Part shown: positions 27,615-37,371 of the stretch, one piece after another | Layout of the letters: the number at the start of each line of letters is the position of its first letter | How positions within the stretch are numbered: the stretch's first letter is position 1 | Origin: Desulfurococcales archaeon | GTDB taxonomy: Archaea; Thermoproteota; Thermoprotei_A; Sulfolobales; NBVN01 | Assembly: GCA_026986435.1 (NCBI GenBank) | Contig: JALSOP010000037.1 | Span: forward strand, 1 to 55,076 | Length of the DNA stretch: 55,076 nucleotides | Reading direction: 5' to 3' | Notes under the pieces: model-generated | Databases searched by the model: none | What the model saw: the letters and a program-made list of their open reading frames with translations, nothing else | What the model was told of the DNA's origin: nothing | Position numbers and translations under genes: made by a program

Positions 27615-30586
27615 ACCTTCCTCCCCTCAACAACCCACTCCTTCGCTAGATCAGCCTCGCCCTCTCCGAACATGATGTCCCTTGCCCTGACCTCTGAAGC
27701 AACGTATTCTCTGTGCTCATTAAGGGCCGCGGATATCTCGTCGTCCTCGGTCTTGATGTACACCTTGATAGGTTCGTCGACCTTTAGGTTAAGTGAGTTC
27801 CTCATGGTCTGCACCCTCCTGATTATCTCCCTGGCAAGCGCTTCCTTCCTAAGCTCGGAGGTTAGCTCCCTGCTTATGCATGTCTTTAATGGGACGTTGT
27901 CGACCTTTGTCTCCTCACTTATCTCTTCCTCACCGCAATCAAGCTCCTCGTAACTCACTATGATAACGTCCTTGCTGTTGGCCAGCAATCTAATGATGTG
28001 CTTAAGTTCCTTCAGCCCCTCAACATAGTCCCTGGGTAGGCCCACTTTCACGTACTGTATTGGCCACCTAAGCTTGATCTTTACCTCGTTCCTCAGCGAC
28101 GCCGCGGAAGAGATGACCCCCAGCGCCACCTTCATCAGTTTTTCTATTCTTTCATCCGTTAAATCCTTGGCAGGCTCCGACAGTCTGCTGAGGTGCACGC
28201 TTTCGGCCTCCCCCGGTTCGTACCTCTTTATGAAGTCTTGCCATAGCTTCTCAGCCATGTGCGGCGCTATCGTGGAGAGAAGCTGTAGCCCCGTCTTGAG
28301 TGCGTGGTATAACGCAGTGTAGGCGTGGAATCTGTCGAGCGACTCCTCCGACCAGACCCTGGGCCTTATCATCCTTAGGTATCCGTGGCTGAGTGTCTCG
28401 ACGAAGAAGTCCAGCACTGCCTTGGTTGCCTCATGCAGTCTGTATTCTCCCATGAGTTCGTCGAATTTCCTTAGTAGTGTGTTCGTCTCGCTTATTATCC
28501 ACCTGTCCTCAGGCGCTCCCTCGTTGAAGGTAGTTAGTACATCATACTTGCTCGGGTCAAACCTGTCTATGCTCATGTACGTGTCGGCGAACTTGAAGAC
28601 ATTCCATATGATGTTCAGGTTCCTCACTACATCACGAATTTCCTTCAGGTTGAAGATGAAGGACTCCGCTGGAGGGTAGCGCATCAGGATATACGCTCTA
28701 GTTGCGTCGACGCTGTGCTTCGTCAGGAGGTCGTTTGCCCAGATCACGTTACCTAAGTGCTTTGACATCTTTCTCCCCTGAGCGTCGAGCACAAGTCCCT
28801 GCATCAGGATTGTCCTGTAAGGCGCCCTCCCTTCTAGGAGAACTGAGGTTACTAGGAGGGAGTAGAACCACCCTCTCGTCTGGTCAATCCCCTCAGTTAT
28901 GAAGTGGTAAGGGTAGAGCATCGAGAATAGCTTCCTATTCCTGAGACCATCGACCGATGCCATCCACGCCATGCCCGAGTCCATCCAGACATCCACCACG
29001 AAGGGAACCCTGATCCACTCTTTGCAGTCTTCAGTTGGCTTCAGCCTCACCCTGTCTATCCATGGCCTATGCACTAGTCTGAAGTCATCCACGTCCGGCA
29101 GGTATTCAGCCTCTTTTTTAAGCTCCTCTATACTACCTATGACCTTGACTTTCTTCGGGTCATCCTTGCAGACCCAAACAGGGAGCGGAGTACCCCAGAT
29201 CCTCGACCTTGAGATGGTCCAGTCCTTAAGGTTCTCAAGCCAGTTCTCAAACCTAGCCCTGAGCTTCTTCGGATAGATCGCCACGTCAGAGAGGGCCTTT
29301 ATTAGGTCGCTCCTGTAAGGTGATACTCTTATGAACCACTGCTTATCAGCTCTGTAAATCAGGGGTGTGCCGCATCTCCAGCAGTGCGGGTACTTGTGTA
29401 CGATCGTTCCCTCATAAACGAGCAGGCCCTTCTCCCTCAACACCGCAGTAACTTTCCTGCTGGCCTCGTTAACGTCCAGGCCCCTGAAGATACCGCCTTC
29501 GCTGTTGAACACGCCGTTTATCTCTACGGCACTGGTTATCGGGAGGCCGTACTGAGTACCAACCTCGTAGTCCTCAGGACCGTGCCCCGGTGCTATGTGA
29601 ACAAGCCCTGTGCCCTCATCTAGACTGACGAAGTCAGCAGTTATCACGTAATGGGCGTTCTCGTGCTTGGTATGTATAGGCACCTCCTCGAGGAGCGGGT
29701 GCACGTACCTCAGTCCCTCTAGCTCAGAACCCCTCACCCTCTCTACACATTCCCAGGACTCCACGCCAGCGTTCTTCATCACCTCCTCCAACCTGGACTC
29801 GGCGACGAACCAGTACTCGTCGCCAACCCTTGTCTTGCAGTATATCCCCTCTGGGTTGACCGCGACTGCCTCGTTATCGATGAGTGTCCACGGAGTCGTT
29901 GTCCATATCACTAAGTACTCGTTGTTTCTGTTCTTCAGCCTGAACTTTACGTATATGGAAGGGGATACTTTGTCCTCATACCCCTGCGACACTTCTGCAT
30001 CGCTTAGTGCTGTCTCACAGCGCGGGCAGAACGGCAGAACCCTCTTTCCTTCGTAGAGTAAGCCCCTCTCATGCATCCTCTTTATGAAGTACCAGACGTG
30101 CTCAATGTACTCGGGCTTCCTAGTCTCGTAAGCGTTTTCGAGGTCTAGCCAAAGAGCGATCCTCTCCGTGGCGTAGTCCTGCCAGTACTTTAGGTAGTAG
30201 TCAACCAGCTTGTTACATTCCTCAACGAACCTTTCGGCGCCCACAATCCGAAATATGTCCTTCTTTTTCTTTATGCCGAGCTTCTTCTCAGCCTCCACCT
30301 CTACAGGCAGGCCCTGCTCATCCCATCCTGCCTGAGCCCATACGTTGTATCCCTTAAGCCTCATGTACTTCAGCACGAAGTCCTTGAACACCCTACCTCT
30401 GATGTGCCCAACGTGTGGGTACCCATTCGCTGTGGGGGGCCCCTCAAGGAAGGCGAAAACGGGTTTTCCCTCATCCCATGAACGCCACTTTCTCGGGATC
30501 TCCCGTGTTTTCCAGAATCTCCGCGCCTCCTCCTCCATAGAGAGGAGGTCAAACCTCCCTAACCCGATGGTTCCGCACCTAATCAA
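27584..30586 (-). CDS. ileS: Isoleucine--tRNA ligase
   Basis: EGPPTANG.PHVGH, GWDEQGLPVE, WTTTPWTL, GTGLVHIAPGHG, WTISRSRIWGTP, EGIDQTRGWF, KMSKH. Confidence 0.97.
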   Translation of the reverse strand: MIRCGTIGLGRFDLLSMEEEARRFWKTREIPRKWRSWDEGKPVFAFLEGPPTANGYPHVGHIRGRVFKDFVLKYMRLKGYNVWAQAGWDEQGLPVEVEAEKKLGIKKKKDIFRIVGAERFVEECNKLVDYYLKYWQDYATERIALWLDLENAYETRKPEYIEHVWYFIKRMHERGLLYEGKRVLPFCPRCETALSDAEVSQGYEDKVSPSIYVKFRLKNRNNEYLVIWTTTPWTLIDNEAVAVNPEGIYCKTRVGDEYWFVAESRLEEVMKNAGVESWECVERVRGSELEGLRYVHPLLEEVPIHTKHENAHYVITADFVSLDEGTGLVHIAPGHGPEDYEVGTQYGLPITSAVEINGVFNSEGGIFRGLDVNEASRKVTAVLREKGLLVYEGTIVHKYPHCWRCGTPLIYRADKQWFIRVSPYRSDLIKALSDVAIYPKKLRARFENWLENLKDWTISRSRIWGTPLPVWVCKDDPKKVKVIGSIEELKKEAEYLPDVDDFRLVHRPWIDRVRLKPTEDCKEWIRVPFVVDVWMDSGMAWMASVDGLRNRKLFSMLYPYHFITEGIDQTRGWFYSLLVTSVLLEGRAPYRTILMQGLVLDAQGRKMSKHLGNVIWANDLLTKHSVDATRAYILMRYPPAESFIFNLKEIRDVVRNLNIIWNVFKFADTYMSIDRFDPSKYDVLTTFNEGAPEDRWIISETNTLLRKFDELMGEYRLHEATKAVLDFFVETLSHGYLRMIRPRVWSEESLDRFHAYTALYHALKTGLQLLSTIAPHMAEKLWQDFIKRYEPGEAESVHLSRLSEPAKDLTDERIEKLMKVALGVISSAASLRNEVKIKLRWPIQYVKVGLPRDYVEGLKELKHIIRLLANSKDVIIVSYEELDCGEEEISEETKVDNVPLKTCISRELTSELRKEALAREIIRRVQTMRNSLNLKVDEPIKVYIKTEDDEISAALNEHREYVASEVRARDIMFGEGEADLAKEWVVEGRKVWIGIKRLRS

Positions 30587-30633
30587 GCCTTAAGGAATAC
30601 CTTATATAGATTAGACGTTAGGCGAGGAGAAAA

Positions 30634-30699
30634 TGGCCCCGTGGGGACCCCCCACTCACTCCGAGCCATTTCGGCTCCGTCGTGAGGGTCTCTGACCCA
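30634..30699 (-). ncRNA. Candidate structured small RNA (unassigned)
   Basis: Very GC-rich intergenic block with nested hairpins, TATA-like element upstream and T-run downstream on the minus strand. Confidence 0.4.
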
Positions 30700-30735
30700 G
30701 ATATTAGGGTGTTATCTCTCTAAAACGGTTTCTCT

Positions 30736-32592
30736 TCAGTCCCTTAGATCAACTAAGTCTCTCAGCCCCTCGTACACGAAGCCTAGGCCGAGCCTCTCCA
30801 GAGTTGACTTCTTCGGCGCGCCTCTCTCGTCCCAGCCTCTTAGCTCGTAGTACTTGCTCAGCATCCTGTCGTAGCCGTCCCTGTCGAGCTTGGCGCCAGC
30901 CAGCGGCCCCTTGGTTAGGGGCTCCGTGAACCACCTCTCAGGCGGGTAGTCCATGTGCCTGCCCCAACCCCTTCCCTCGGCGGCGTATTCCCTCACCCAG
31001 AACGCCCTAATGAGTGTGTAGACTCTCTCCGCCAACTTATGGAGGTCGTCCCATGTGAAGCTCACTCCTGTCGCCGCTTTCAAGAACTTCGGGTAGTAGT
31101 CGAGGTTGAGGCCGAGCTCCACCCACGGCAGCCTGCACGTTACGAGGGACTCGAATACTGCTCCCCTAACGTTCTGCATCCAAACGAGATTCTCTACCTT
31201 CTCATCGGTGTACTTATCCCTACCCATCTTTATCTCCAGCGATATGAACCATGCATCCTTGTGGTGGGCCCCTATGGAGCTCGTGCCGTAGGCCAGAGCC
31301 ATGCCTGGTGCGGCGTGGCAGTCGTATGCCGAGATCTCCAGGCCCTTAACCTGCATGGCGAAGGCCATGGCGCCGTTCCCGAGCTTCTCGGCGGCGGCCC
31401 TGGTGCCCTCCGCCATCAGGTTCCCGAGTTCCCCTCTCCTGTACGCTATGTCCTCCGTCAACTGTACGGCGGCGTCGAAGTCGCCCCACTCAATCCCGTC
31501 CTTTATGAGGCCTTTCTCGGTAGCCTCCATGGCGAAGGCTATTGAGGAGCCGAGGCTTATTGTATCTAGTCCCAGGTCGTCCGCGAGTTTATTCAGGTGG
31601 GACACCTTATTGAGGTCCCCTATACCTATGTTGGAGCCGAGCATCGCGACGTTCTCGTAGTCGAGCTCTGCCCTGGCCTTAGTGCTGCCTACCTGGTACT
31701 CGACAATGTTTCCGCATGGCATGTTGCAGTTGGGACACCCCTTCTGCGCCACCTTCATCTTCTCCATGGTGTAGCCGTCGATCCCGCTGGCGAAGTCGTA
31801 GACGCCCTCACGGAAGTTGTAAGTGGGTAGCACGGAGTTCTTGTTAGACCACTCAATGGTCATCATGGTGCCCTGCCTGATCCAGAAGTCGTAGCCATCC
31901 GCCTCTTTCACCACCCTGTAGGCCTCAGCCCCAAGCCGTACGAGCTCGGCCTGGTCAGCGGGCTTCGGAAGCTCCTTGCACCCCTTAATCACGATGGTCT
32001 TCAGCTTCTTTGAGCCCATCACCGCACCCATGCCTGGCCTGCCGCCCGAGCGGCCGAACTCGCTTATAACTGTGGCGAACTTGACCAAGTTCTCCCCTGC
32101 CGGGCCTATGTACAGGGCTCCGGCGTTCTTTCCGTACTCGGCGTAGAGCTTCGGCTCGAGGTCATGGACACGCATACCCCATATGTCCTCCGCGGGCTCG
32201 ATGGATGCCTTACCGCACTCAACAACCAGCTTTACGGGCTTGTCGGAAGCGCCCGTAATCACTAGAGCATCATGTCCCGCCTTCCTAAGCTCCACAGCTG
32301 CCCTAGTACCTATGTTGCCGTCGCCGTATCCGTGAGTGAGGGGTGATTTGGCGGCGATCACCATCTTACCCGAGGAGGGCAGGGGGTATCCCGTGAGCGG
32401 CCCCACAGCGAATATGAGCACGTTGTCAGGGCTCAGCGGATCAGTCCCTGGTTTCACGAGGTCCCAGAGGAGCCTGATCGCCAGGCCCCTGCCGCCAAGG
32501 TAGTTCAGCAAGGTTTCCTTGTCGAGACTTACCTCGGTGATCTTTCTTGTTGTCAGGTTCACTAGGAGATATTTCCCATTCCATCCAAACAT
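30736..32592 (-). CDS. Tungsten-dependent aldehyde:ferredoxin oxidoreductase, FOR-like
   Basis: YLGGRGL, KSPLT.GYGDGNIG, GRPGMGAVMGSKKLK, CPNCNMPC, DYENVAMLG, DDLGLDTIS, AHHKDAW. Confidence 0.93.
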   Translation of the reverse strand: MFGWNGKYLLVNLTTRKITEVSLDKETLLNYLGGRGLAIRLLWDLVKPGTDPLSPDNVLIFAVGPLTGYPLPSSGKMVIAAKSPLTHGYGDGNIGTRAAVELRKAGHDALVITGASDKPVKLVVECGKASIEPAEDIWGMRVHDLEPKLYAEYGKNAGALYIGPAGENLVKFATVISEFGRSGGRPGMGAVMGSKKLKTIVIKGCKELPKPADQAELVRLGAEAYRVVKEADGYDFWIRQGTMMTIEWSNKNSVLPTYNFREGVYDFASGIDGYTMEKMKVAQKGCPNCNMPCGNIVEYQVGSTKARAELDYENVAMLGSNIGIGDLNKVSHLNKLADDLGLDTISLGSSIAFAMEATEKGLIKDGIEWGDFDAAVQLTEDIAYRRGELGNLMAEGTRAAAEKLGNGAMAFAMQVKGLEISAYDCHAAPGMALAYGTSSIGAHHKDAWFISLEIKMGRDKYTDEKVENLVWMQNVRGAVFESLVTCRLPWVELGLNLDYYPKFLKAATGVSFTWDDLHKLAERVYTLIRAFWVREYAAEGRGWGRHMDYPPERWFTEPLTKGPLAGAKLDRDGYDRMLSKYYELRGWDERGAPKKSTLERLGLGFVYEGLRDLVDLRD

Positions 32593-32698
32593 AGCGGATT
32601 CCCTTATTGTCTCACGGGAAACGAATTAAACATTAGTGAAGATCAGCCAACATATATTTTACCTGGATCTGCGGTAGTTAATTAATTGGGATAATGTA

Positions 32699-33373
32699 AT
32701 GCCTAAGGTCCCCACCAAGCTTGTTAGCTGGGACGACATCGTCGAGTGGTCGAGGGGGCTAGCAAGAAAGATTAAGGATTCCGGTTATAGACCGGACGTG
32801 ATCGTAGCTATAGCCAGGGGAGGCTTCGTTCCTGCCAGGCTTCTCTGTGACTTCCTCGACGTCGAGAACCTCCTCTCGATCCAGTCACAGCACTGGACCG
32901 AGGCGGCCAAGGTAGCTGACAGAGCCATAATCAAGTTCCCGTATAAGGTAGAACTAACTGGTATGAAGGTGCTGATCGTCGACGACATAGTCGACACAGG
33001 CGAGTCACTGATCCTGGCCAGGGACTACATCATGAGGGAGTGGAAGCCCGAGGAAGTGAGGATAGCAGCTCTGCAGTGGATATCGCCAGTGGCTAAGCTG
33101 AGACCTGACTACTACTTCATCGAGATTAAGGAATGGATATGGTTCCAGTACCCGTGGACCAGGCTAGAGGACACTTACCAGTTCATAAAGAGGATGCTGT
33201 CTGAGGAGGGCAAGTACAAGAAAGAGTGGAGTTATGAGGAACTAAAAACTAAGTTCATGGAGTGGTACGACATCGACGTCGGGGATGAGTACTTCAGGGA
33301 CGCCATAGAAATGCTTGTAGAGAAGGGGTTCCTGTCCAGGATCGATAAGGACAGGTTCCGTATTAAGGAGTGA
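32699..33373 (+). CDS. Purine phosphoribosyltransferase (archaeal HGPRT/Gpt-like)
   Basis: SWDDI, VAIARGG.VPAR, VLIVDDIVDTGESL, WIWFQYPW. Confidence 0.88.
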   Translation: MPKVPTKLVSWDDIVEWSRGLARKIKDSGYRPDVIVAIARGGFVPARLLCDFLDVENLLSIQSQHWTEAAKVADRAIIKFPYKVELTGMKVLIVDDIVDTGESLILARDYIMREWKPEEVRIAALQWISPVAKLRPDYYFIEIKEWIWFQYPWTRLEDTYQFIKRMLSEEGKYKKEWSYEELKTKFMEWYDIDVGDEYFRDAIEMLVEKGFLSRIDKDRFRIKE

Positions 33374-33398
33374 GAGTCACTAAGGAGAGAGGCATTAT

Positions 33399-33944
33399 TT
33401 ACTGCGATACCACGCCCTCCGCCTTGGCCTCAGCAGCTTTCCTAGCCATCTCTAGGATCTTCCTGGCCTCTCCGCTAGCACTCACGAATAGTTCATCGCT
33501 GCTTAGGTACATCCCTCTCGAGGATATCTCGGTAGCGTTCTGGGCAATGTCGTCTAGTACTACCGTGAACTCGCTTAGCTCCTCAGCCCCCTCCCTCAGC
33601 TCTCTCAGCACTTCGGCAACCAGCTTAGCGACTGGTGAGATGTAGGATAGGAGCTTCGCCGTCAGCACTGTCTCTATCCTTAGGACCAGTATCTCGACGG
33701 CTACCTCAACCTGCGTAAGCCTGGTGATCAGGGACCTCAGCGAAGCTATCTCCTGCGCGTATGACGCCCTCAGGTTAGGATTCTCCGTAATCGCTAGCCT
33801 TTCCTCGTAGCGCATGATCCTCTCCTCTAACCTCCTCCTAGATAGGCTTACCCACCGCAGGAACTGCTTGAGGTCTATAAGGAGTCTCGCTAGATTCTGC
33901 CTCAACTCCTTTGGGTCTGCGCGCTTCCTCCTAGCAAATAACAC
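33399..33944 (-). CDS. ESCRT-III/Snf7 (CdvB-like) paralog
   Basis: Helical hairpin with ASYAQEIASLR, VEILVLRIET, SPVA, and EARKILEMAR.AAE C-terminal helix. Confidence 0.72.
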   Translation of the reverse strand: MLFARRKRADPKELRQNLARLLIDLKQFLRWVSLSRRRLEERIMRYEERLAITENPNLRASYAQEIASLRSLITRLTQVEVAVEILVLRIETVLTAKLLSYISPVAKLVAEVLRELREGAEELSEFTVVLDDIAQNATEISSRGMYLSSDELFVSASGEARKILEMARKAAEAKAEGVVSQ

Positions 33945-34071
33945 AACACGCCCCTGGATAATACTCGGGTATTACCAAGGCGAAAAAGCCCCCACTGATT
34001 AATACCCCACCGTATTACGAGAAAGTACCTGCAAAACATCCTTAAATCCCCCCGAACCACACACTTATTGG

Positions 34072-34199
34072 CCGCCGGTAGCTCAGCGGCAGAGCGCCCG
34101 GCTGTAGTCAGCCCCGGAGGGTACAGGAACAACCGCCTGCGGGCGGGCCCTCCGGCAGAAACCGGGTGGTCGGGGGTTCGATTCCCCCCCGGCGGACCA
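34072..34199 (+). tRNA. tRNA-Tyr(GTA) with canonical 37/38 intron (34108-34160)
   Basis: C1:G72 acceptor CCGCCGG/CCGGCGG, CCCGG CTGTAG|intron|A CCGGG, T arm GGGGG TTCGATT CCCCC, ACCA. Confidence 0.95.
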
Positions 34200-34324
34200 C
34201 CCTATTATCAAGTGGTAGCATAGTAACGCCCACAACTAACCCCGAATGAGAGCCATTATTGCTCAGTCCTAACGTAACATGTGTTTTTCATTGTTGACTG
34301 CTCCTTAACTAATGGTGGGCTTAC

Positions 34325-35704
34325 TTGGCAGACCTAATGATAAAGGCGAAATTCATTATCCCGGTCAGGCCCTCAAAGAAGATCATACGCGATGGCGCCA
34401 TCGTCGTTGAGGACGAGCGGATAGTGTTTGTTGGTAAGCGCCACGTGGCCGAGGAAAAATATAGTGCTGAGGAGGTGATTGAGGCTAATCACCACGTAGC
34501 TATTCCGGGACTGGTTAATGCTCACAACCACCTCTTTCAGTCGATAATCAAGAACATAGCCATCGATATGGTGTTGATTGACTGGTTAAGGAAGGCCATA
34601 CACCCGATACTTGCGTCGTTCCGTGACTTGGACTTCTACTACTCCACGAAGTGGGGCGTGATAGAGAACATAAAGTCGGGTGTCACCACGCTCATAGAGA
34701 ACCACTACGGTCCCAAGGGATACGACTACGTCGCTAAGGGGCTCATGGAGTCAGGCATAAGGACAGTCCTTGCCAGGGGCATATACGAGCTCAACGTGCT
34801 ACTCGATGAGCTCAAGGAGGAGCCGAAAGCGGCGATCTCCCACACTGAGTACCTCATACAGAAGTATCACGGAAAGAACGACGGAAAAATGATGGTTGCC
34901 GTCGCGCCGATGCATCCATACAATTCGAGCAAGGATTTACTCCTCATGGCCAAGGAACTCTCTGATAAGTATGGGGTGCCTTACCACACTCATACGGCCG
35001 AGTCCGTGAAGGACCAGGAGCTGGTGAAGGAGCTTCACGGAAATACAGATGTCGCGCTACTGTACGACCTCGGGATCCTTGGCCCAAGATACCACGCAGT
35101 ACACTCTGTGCAGGTGTCTGAGGAAGAAGTACTTATGTTGGCTAAGACAGGTGCCCACGTAATACACAACCCAGAGAGCAACCTAATAATAGGTTCAGGC
35201 ATAGCACCGATACCCGACTTCCTCAAAGCAGGCGTTAACGTAGCCCTCGGCACAGACGGTGCGGGAAGTAACAATAACCAAGACATGATAGAGGCCATGA
35301 GGTTTGCGGTGCTCATACACAGGGGGGCTAGGAAGCACCCGAACATAGTAACTGCTTGGGACGCCCTAGAGATGGCCACAATTAATGGTGCGAGGGCCCT
35401 CGGGCTAGAGAATGAGATAGGTTCGCTGGAGCCTGGTAAGAAAGCAGACATAACAATCATAGACCTAGAAAGCCCGAGCATAGCCCTTGCACATGACCCA
35501 CTCGGCTCGATAGTCTACTGTGCAAACGCCGCCGACGTCGACACAGTCGTAGTTGATGGTAAGGTGGTCATGAGGAATAGAAAGGTTCTCACAATAGACG
35601 AGGAGAAGGCCAAAGAAGAGGCGTGGAAGGTCGCGCTGGACCTCCTCGACAGGGCCAGGCAGAAATTCGATATGAAGTTCCCCTACGAAGAATTCATCGA
35701 GTGA
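34325..35704 (+). CDS. Amidohydrolase, nucleobase/nucleoside deaminase family (COG0402)
   Basis: PGLVNAHNHLFQS, SGVTT, HTHTAES, HNPESN, LGTDG.GSNN, MATINGA, GSLEPGKKAD. Confidence 0.9.
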   Translation: MADLMIKAKFIIPVRPSKKIIRDGAIVVEDERIVFVGKRHVAEEKYSAEEVIEANHHVAIPGLVNAHNHLFQSIIKNIAIDMVLIDWLRKAIHPILASFRDLDFYYSTKWGVIENIKSGVTTLIENHYGPKGYDYVAKGLMESGIRTVLARGIYELNVLLDELKEEPKAAISHTEYLIQKYHGKNDGKMMVAVAPMHPYNSSKDLLLMAKELSDKYGVPYHTHTAESVKDQELVKELHGNTDVALLYDLGILGPRYHAVHSVQVSEEEVLMLAKTGAHVIHNPESNLIIGSGIAPIPDFLKAGVNVALGTDGAGSNNNQDMIEAMRFAVLIHRGARKHPNIVTAWDALEMATINGARALGLENEIGSLEPGKKADITIIDLESPSIALAHDPLGSIVYCANAADVDTVVVDGKVVMRNRKVLTIDEEKAKEEAWKVALDLLDRARQKFDMKFPYEEFIE

Positions 35705-35713
35705 CACACCAAA

Positions 35714-36361
35714 ATGATAGACAACATAAGAGAGATCGTGGATAAGATAGACTCCTTTTTAAAGGTAAAGGATGAAGCAAGAGAACAAATAATCAAAATA
35801 ACCAGAGACGTCATAAGAGAAGCAGGCTACGCCGTAACTGAGGCGAACGCGGGCAACATAACAGCCGCCAAAGCGCATTTAGAGAAAGCGTTAAAGAGGT
35901 GGAAAGAAGTCAGCGAGATAATATCTGAGCACGAGGAGCTGAGGCACTCGGGCATAATCTACAACGCTGGTATGGAGCTTGCTGAGGCAGCTATTTTCTT
36001 ATCCATAATAGAGGGCGTACCCATACCGGGGCCGGACGACATAGGTGTGCATCAGATACCGTACCTCCTGGGCCTCCTGGATGTTGTGGGCGAGCTAAGG
36101 AGATACGCCACAGCCAAGGTGAGGGAGAACGACTTTGAGGAGTCATGGAAAGCTTTTCATGCGGCTGAGGCAATCTTCCTTTCAACGAAATTCCTGGATT
36201 ATCCGGATAGGCTCGTCCCGGGACTACGCCGGAAAATCGACGCGGCGAGGTACTCTGTTGAGGAGCTTCGGAAATTTCTCACAGATATGGAGAGCAGGGC
36301 GAAGTTGATCGGAGAATTAAGTAATTTAAGGGAACAGCTGAGGAGAGTAGCCCGATATTGA
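35714..36361 (+). CDS. Translin family protein
   Basis: DEAREQIIKITRDVIR, ELAEA, YLLGLLDVVGELRR, GLRRKID. Confidence 0.88.
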   Translation: MIDNIREIVDKIDSFLKVKDEAREQIIKITRDVIREAGYAVTEANAGNITAAKAHLEKALKRWKEVSEIISEHEELRHSGIIYNAGMELAEAAIFLSIIEGVPIPGPDDIGVHQIPYLLGLLDVVGELRRYATAKVRENDFEESWKAFHAAEAIFLSTKFLDYPDRLVPGLRRKIDAARYSVEELRKFLTDMESRAKLIGELSNLREQLRRVARY

Positions 36362-36375
36362 GAATTTTTAGAGGA

Positions 36376-36452
36376 TGGCGCCGGGGAGGGGATTCGAACC
36401 CCCGACCACCGGGTTAACAGCCCGGCGCTCTACCCGGCTGAGCTACCCCGGC
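36376..36452 (-). tRNA. tRNA-Asn(GTT)
   Basis: GCCGGGGTAGCTCAGCCGGGTAGAGCGCCGGGCTGTTAACCCGGTGGTCGGGGGTTCGAATCCCCTCCCCGGCGCCA. Confidence 0.97.
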
Positions 36453-36480
36453 ACCAATCTAGGATATAGTTGGGCTGTTT

Positions 36481-37194
36481 TTAAGGCTTAAATGTCACAA
36501 GTTTAGCGGCGAACTCAGCAAATCCCTTGCCCGAGGGCTTTTCAGTAACTATGTCAGCCAACTCCTTTAATTCTGGATCGGCATTCCCTACGGCGACCAG
36601 CTTGGGGCAGGCCCTCCTCATGGGGATATCCGACACCGCGTCCCCCACACAGTAAATGCTCCCGGTCTTTAGTCCCAGGATCTGGATCATCCTCCTTATG
36701 CCCCTATCCTTCCCGCACCCAGTAGGGTGTATGTGGATGGCGTAGCCGCTGCTGGTGGCTTCCACCCAGTCGGCCCCTATCTCCATCAGTATCTTTCGAG
36801 TTATACGAAGTGCCCCATCCTCAGACACCCCTCTCCATTTGAGTGCCATATCGCATATCCTAAACAGGTTCTGCCATGACTCCTCGAGAAAGCCTTTGGC
36901 CCCCTGCACTAGAACCTTAGCGATTTCCTTAATTTTCTCGCATCTTTCGCACTCTATGATTACCTTGTGTCCGTCAAAGAGCACTGCGCCGTTTTCGCCT
37001 ATAGCTAGTCCGCCTAGGCCGAGGTAGAGGGAGAGCCCCCGAACAACAGGGAGTGAGTTACCTGACACCATGATCACGGCGTAACCGCTCTTCACAAGCT
37101 CACGAAGTGCTCTGAGGGCGGCATCATCAAGGACTGAACTCTGCCTGTCCGTCGTTAGTGTCCCATCGATATCCGTGAACACAGCACCTTTCAT
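36481..37194 (-). CDS. HAD-superfamily phosphatase (archaeal phosphoglycolate phosphatase-like)
   Basis: DIDGTLT, SGN, ENGA, SSGYAIHI, GDAVSD, VGNA. Confidence 0.9.
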   Translation of the reverse strand: MKGAVFTDIDGTLTTDRQSSVLDDAALRALRELVKSGYAVIMVSGNSLPVVRGLSLYLGLGGLAIGENGAVLFDGHKVIIECERCEKIKEIAKVLVQGAKGFLEESWQNLFRICDMALKWRGVSEDGALRITRKILMEIGADWVEATSSGYAIHIHPTGCGKDRGIRRMIQILGLKTGSIYCVGDAVSDIPMRRACPKLVAVGNADPELKELADIVTEKPSGKGFAEFAAKLVTFKP

Positions 37195-37371
37195 ATCGGA
37201 GCCCTAATGCTACTTGAGCCGTGACTATAATTTCTCCTCTGGAAGAATGTGGCGTGAAGAAGTGCTTCAGAGTATACAGGGATGCTTCTGAAGGCATATC
37301 TCAGATTTGTTTAACATTTTTGATGAAAAGATTTAACTACATCGATAATGATGATATTAATGGTGTAGCAT

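Noticed and set aside
34245-34275. Weak resemblance of atgagagccattattgctcagtcctaa to the 5' half of the C/D sRNA at 11175
   Set aside because: Short gapped match, boxes degenerate and no C'/D half; likely chance.
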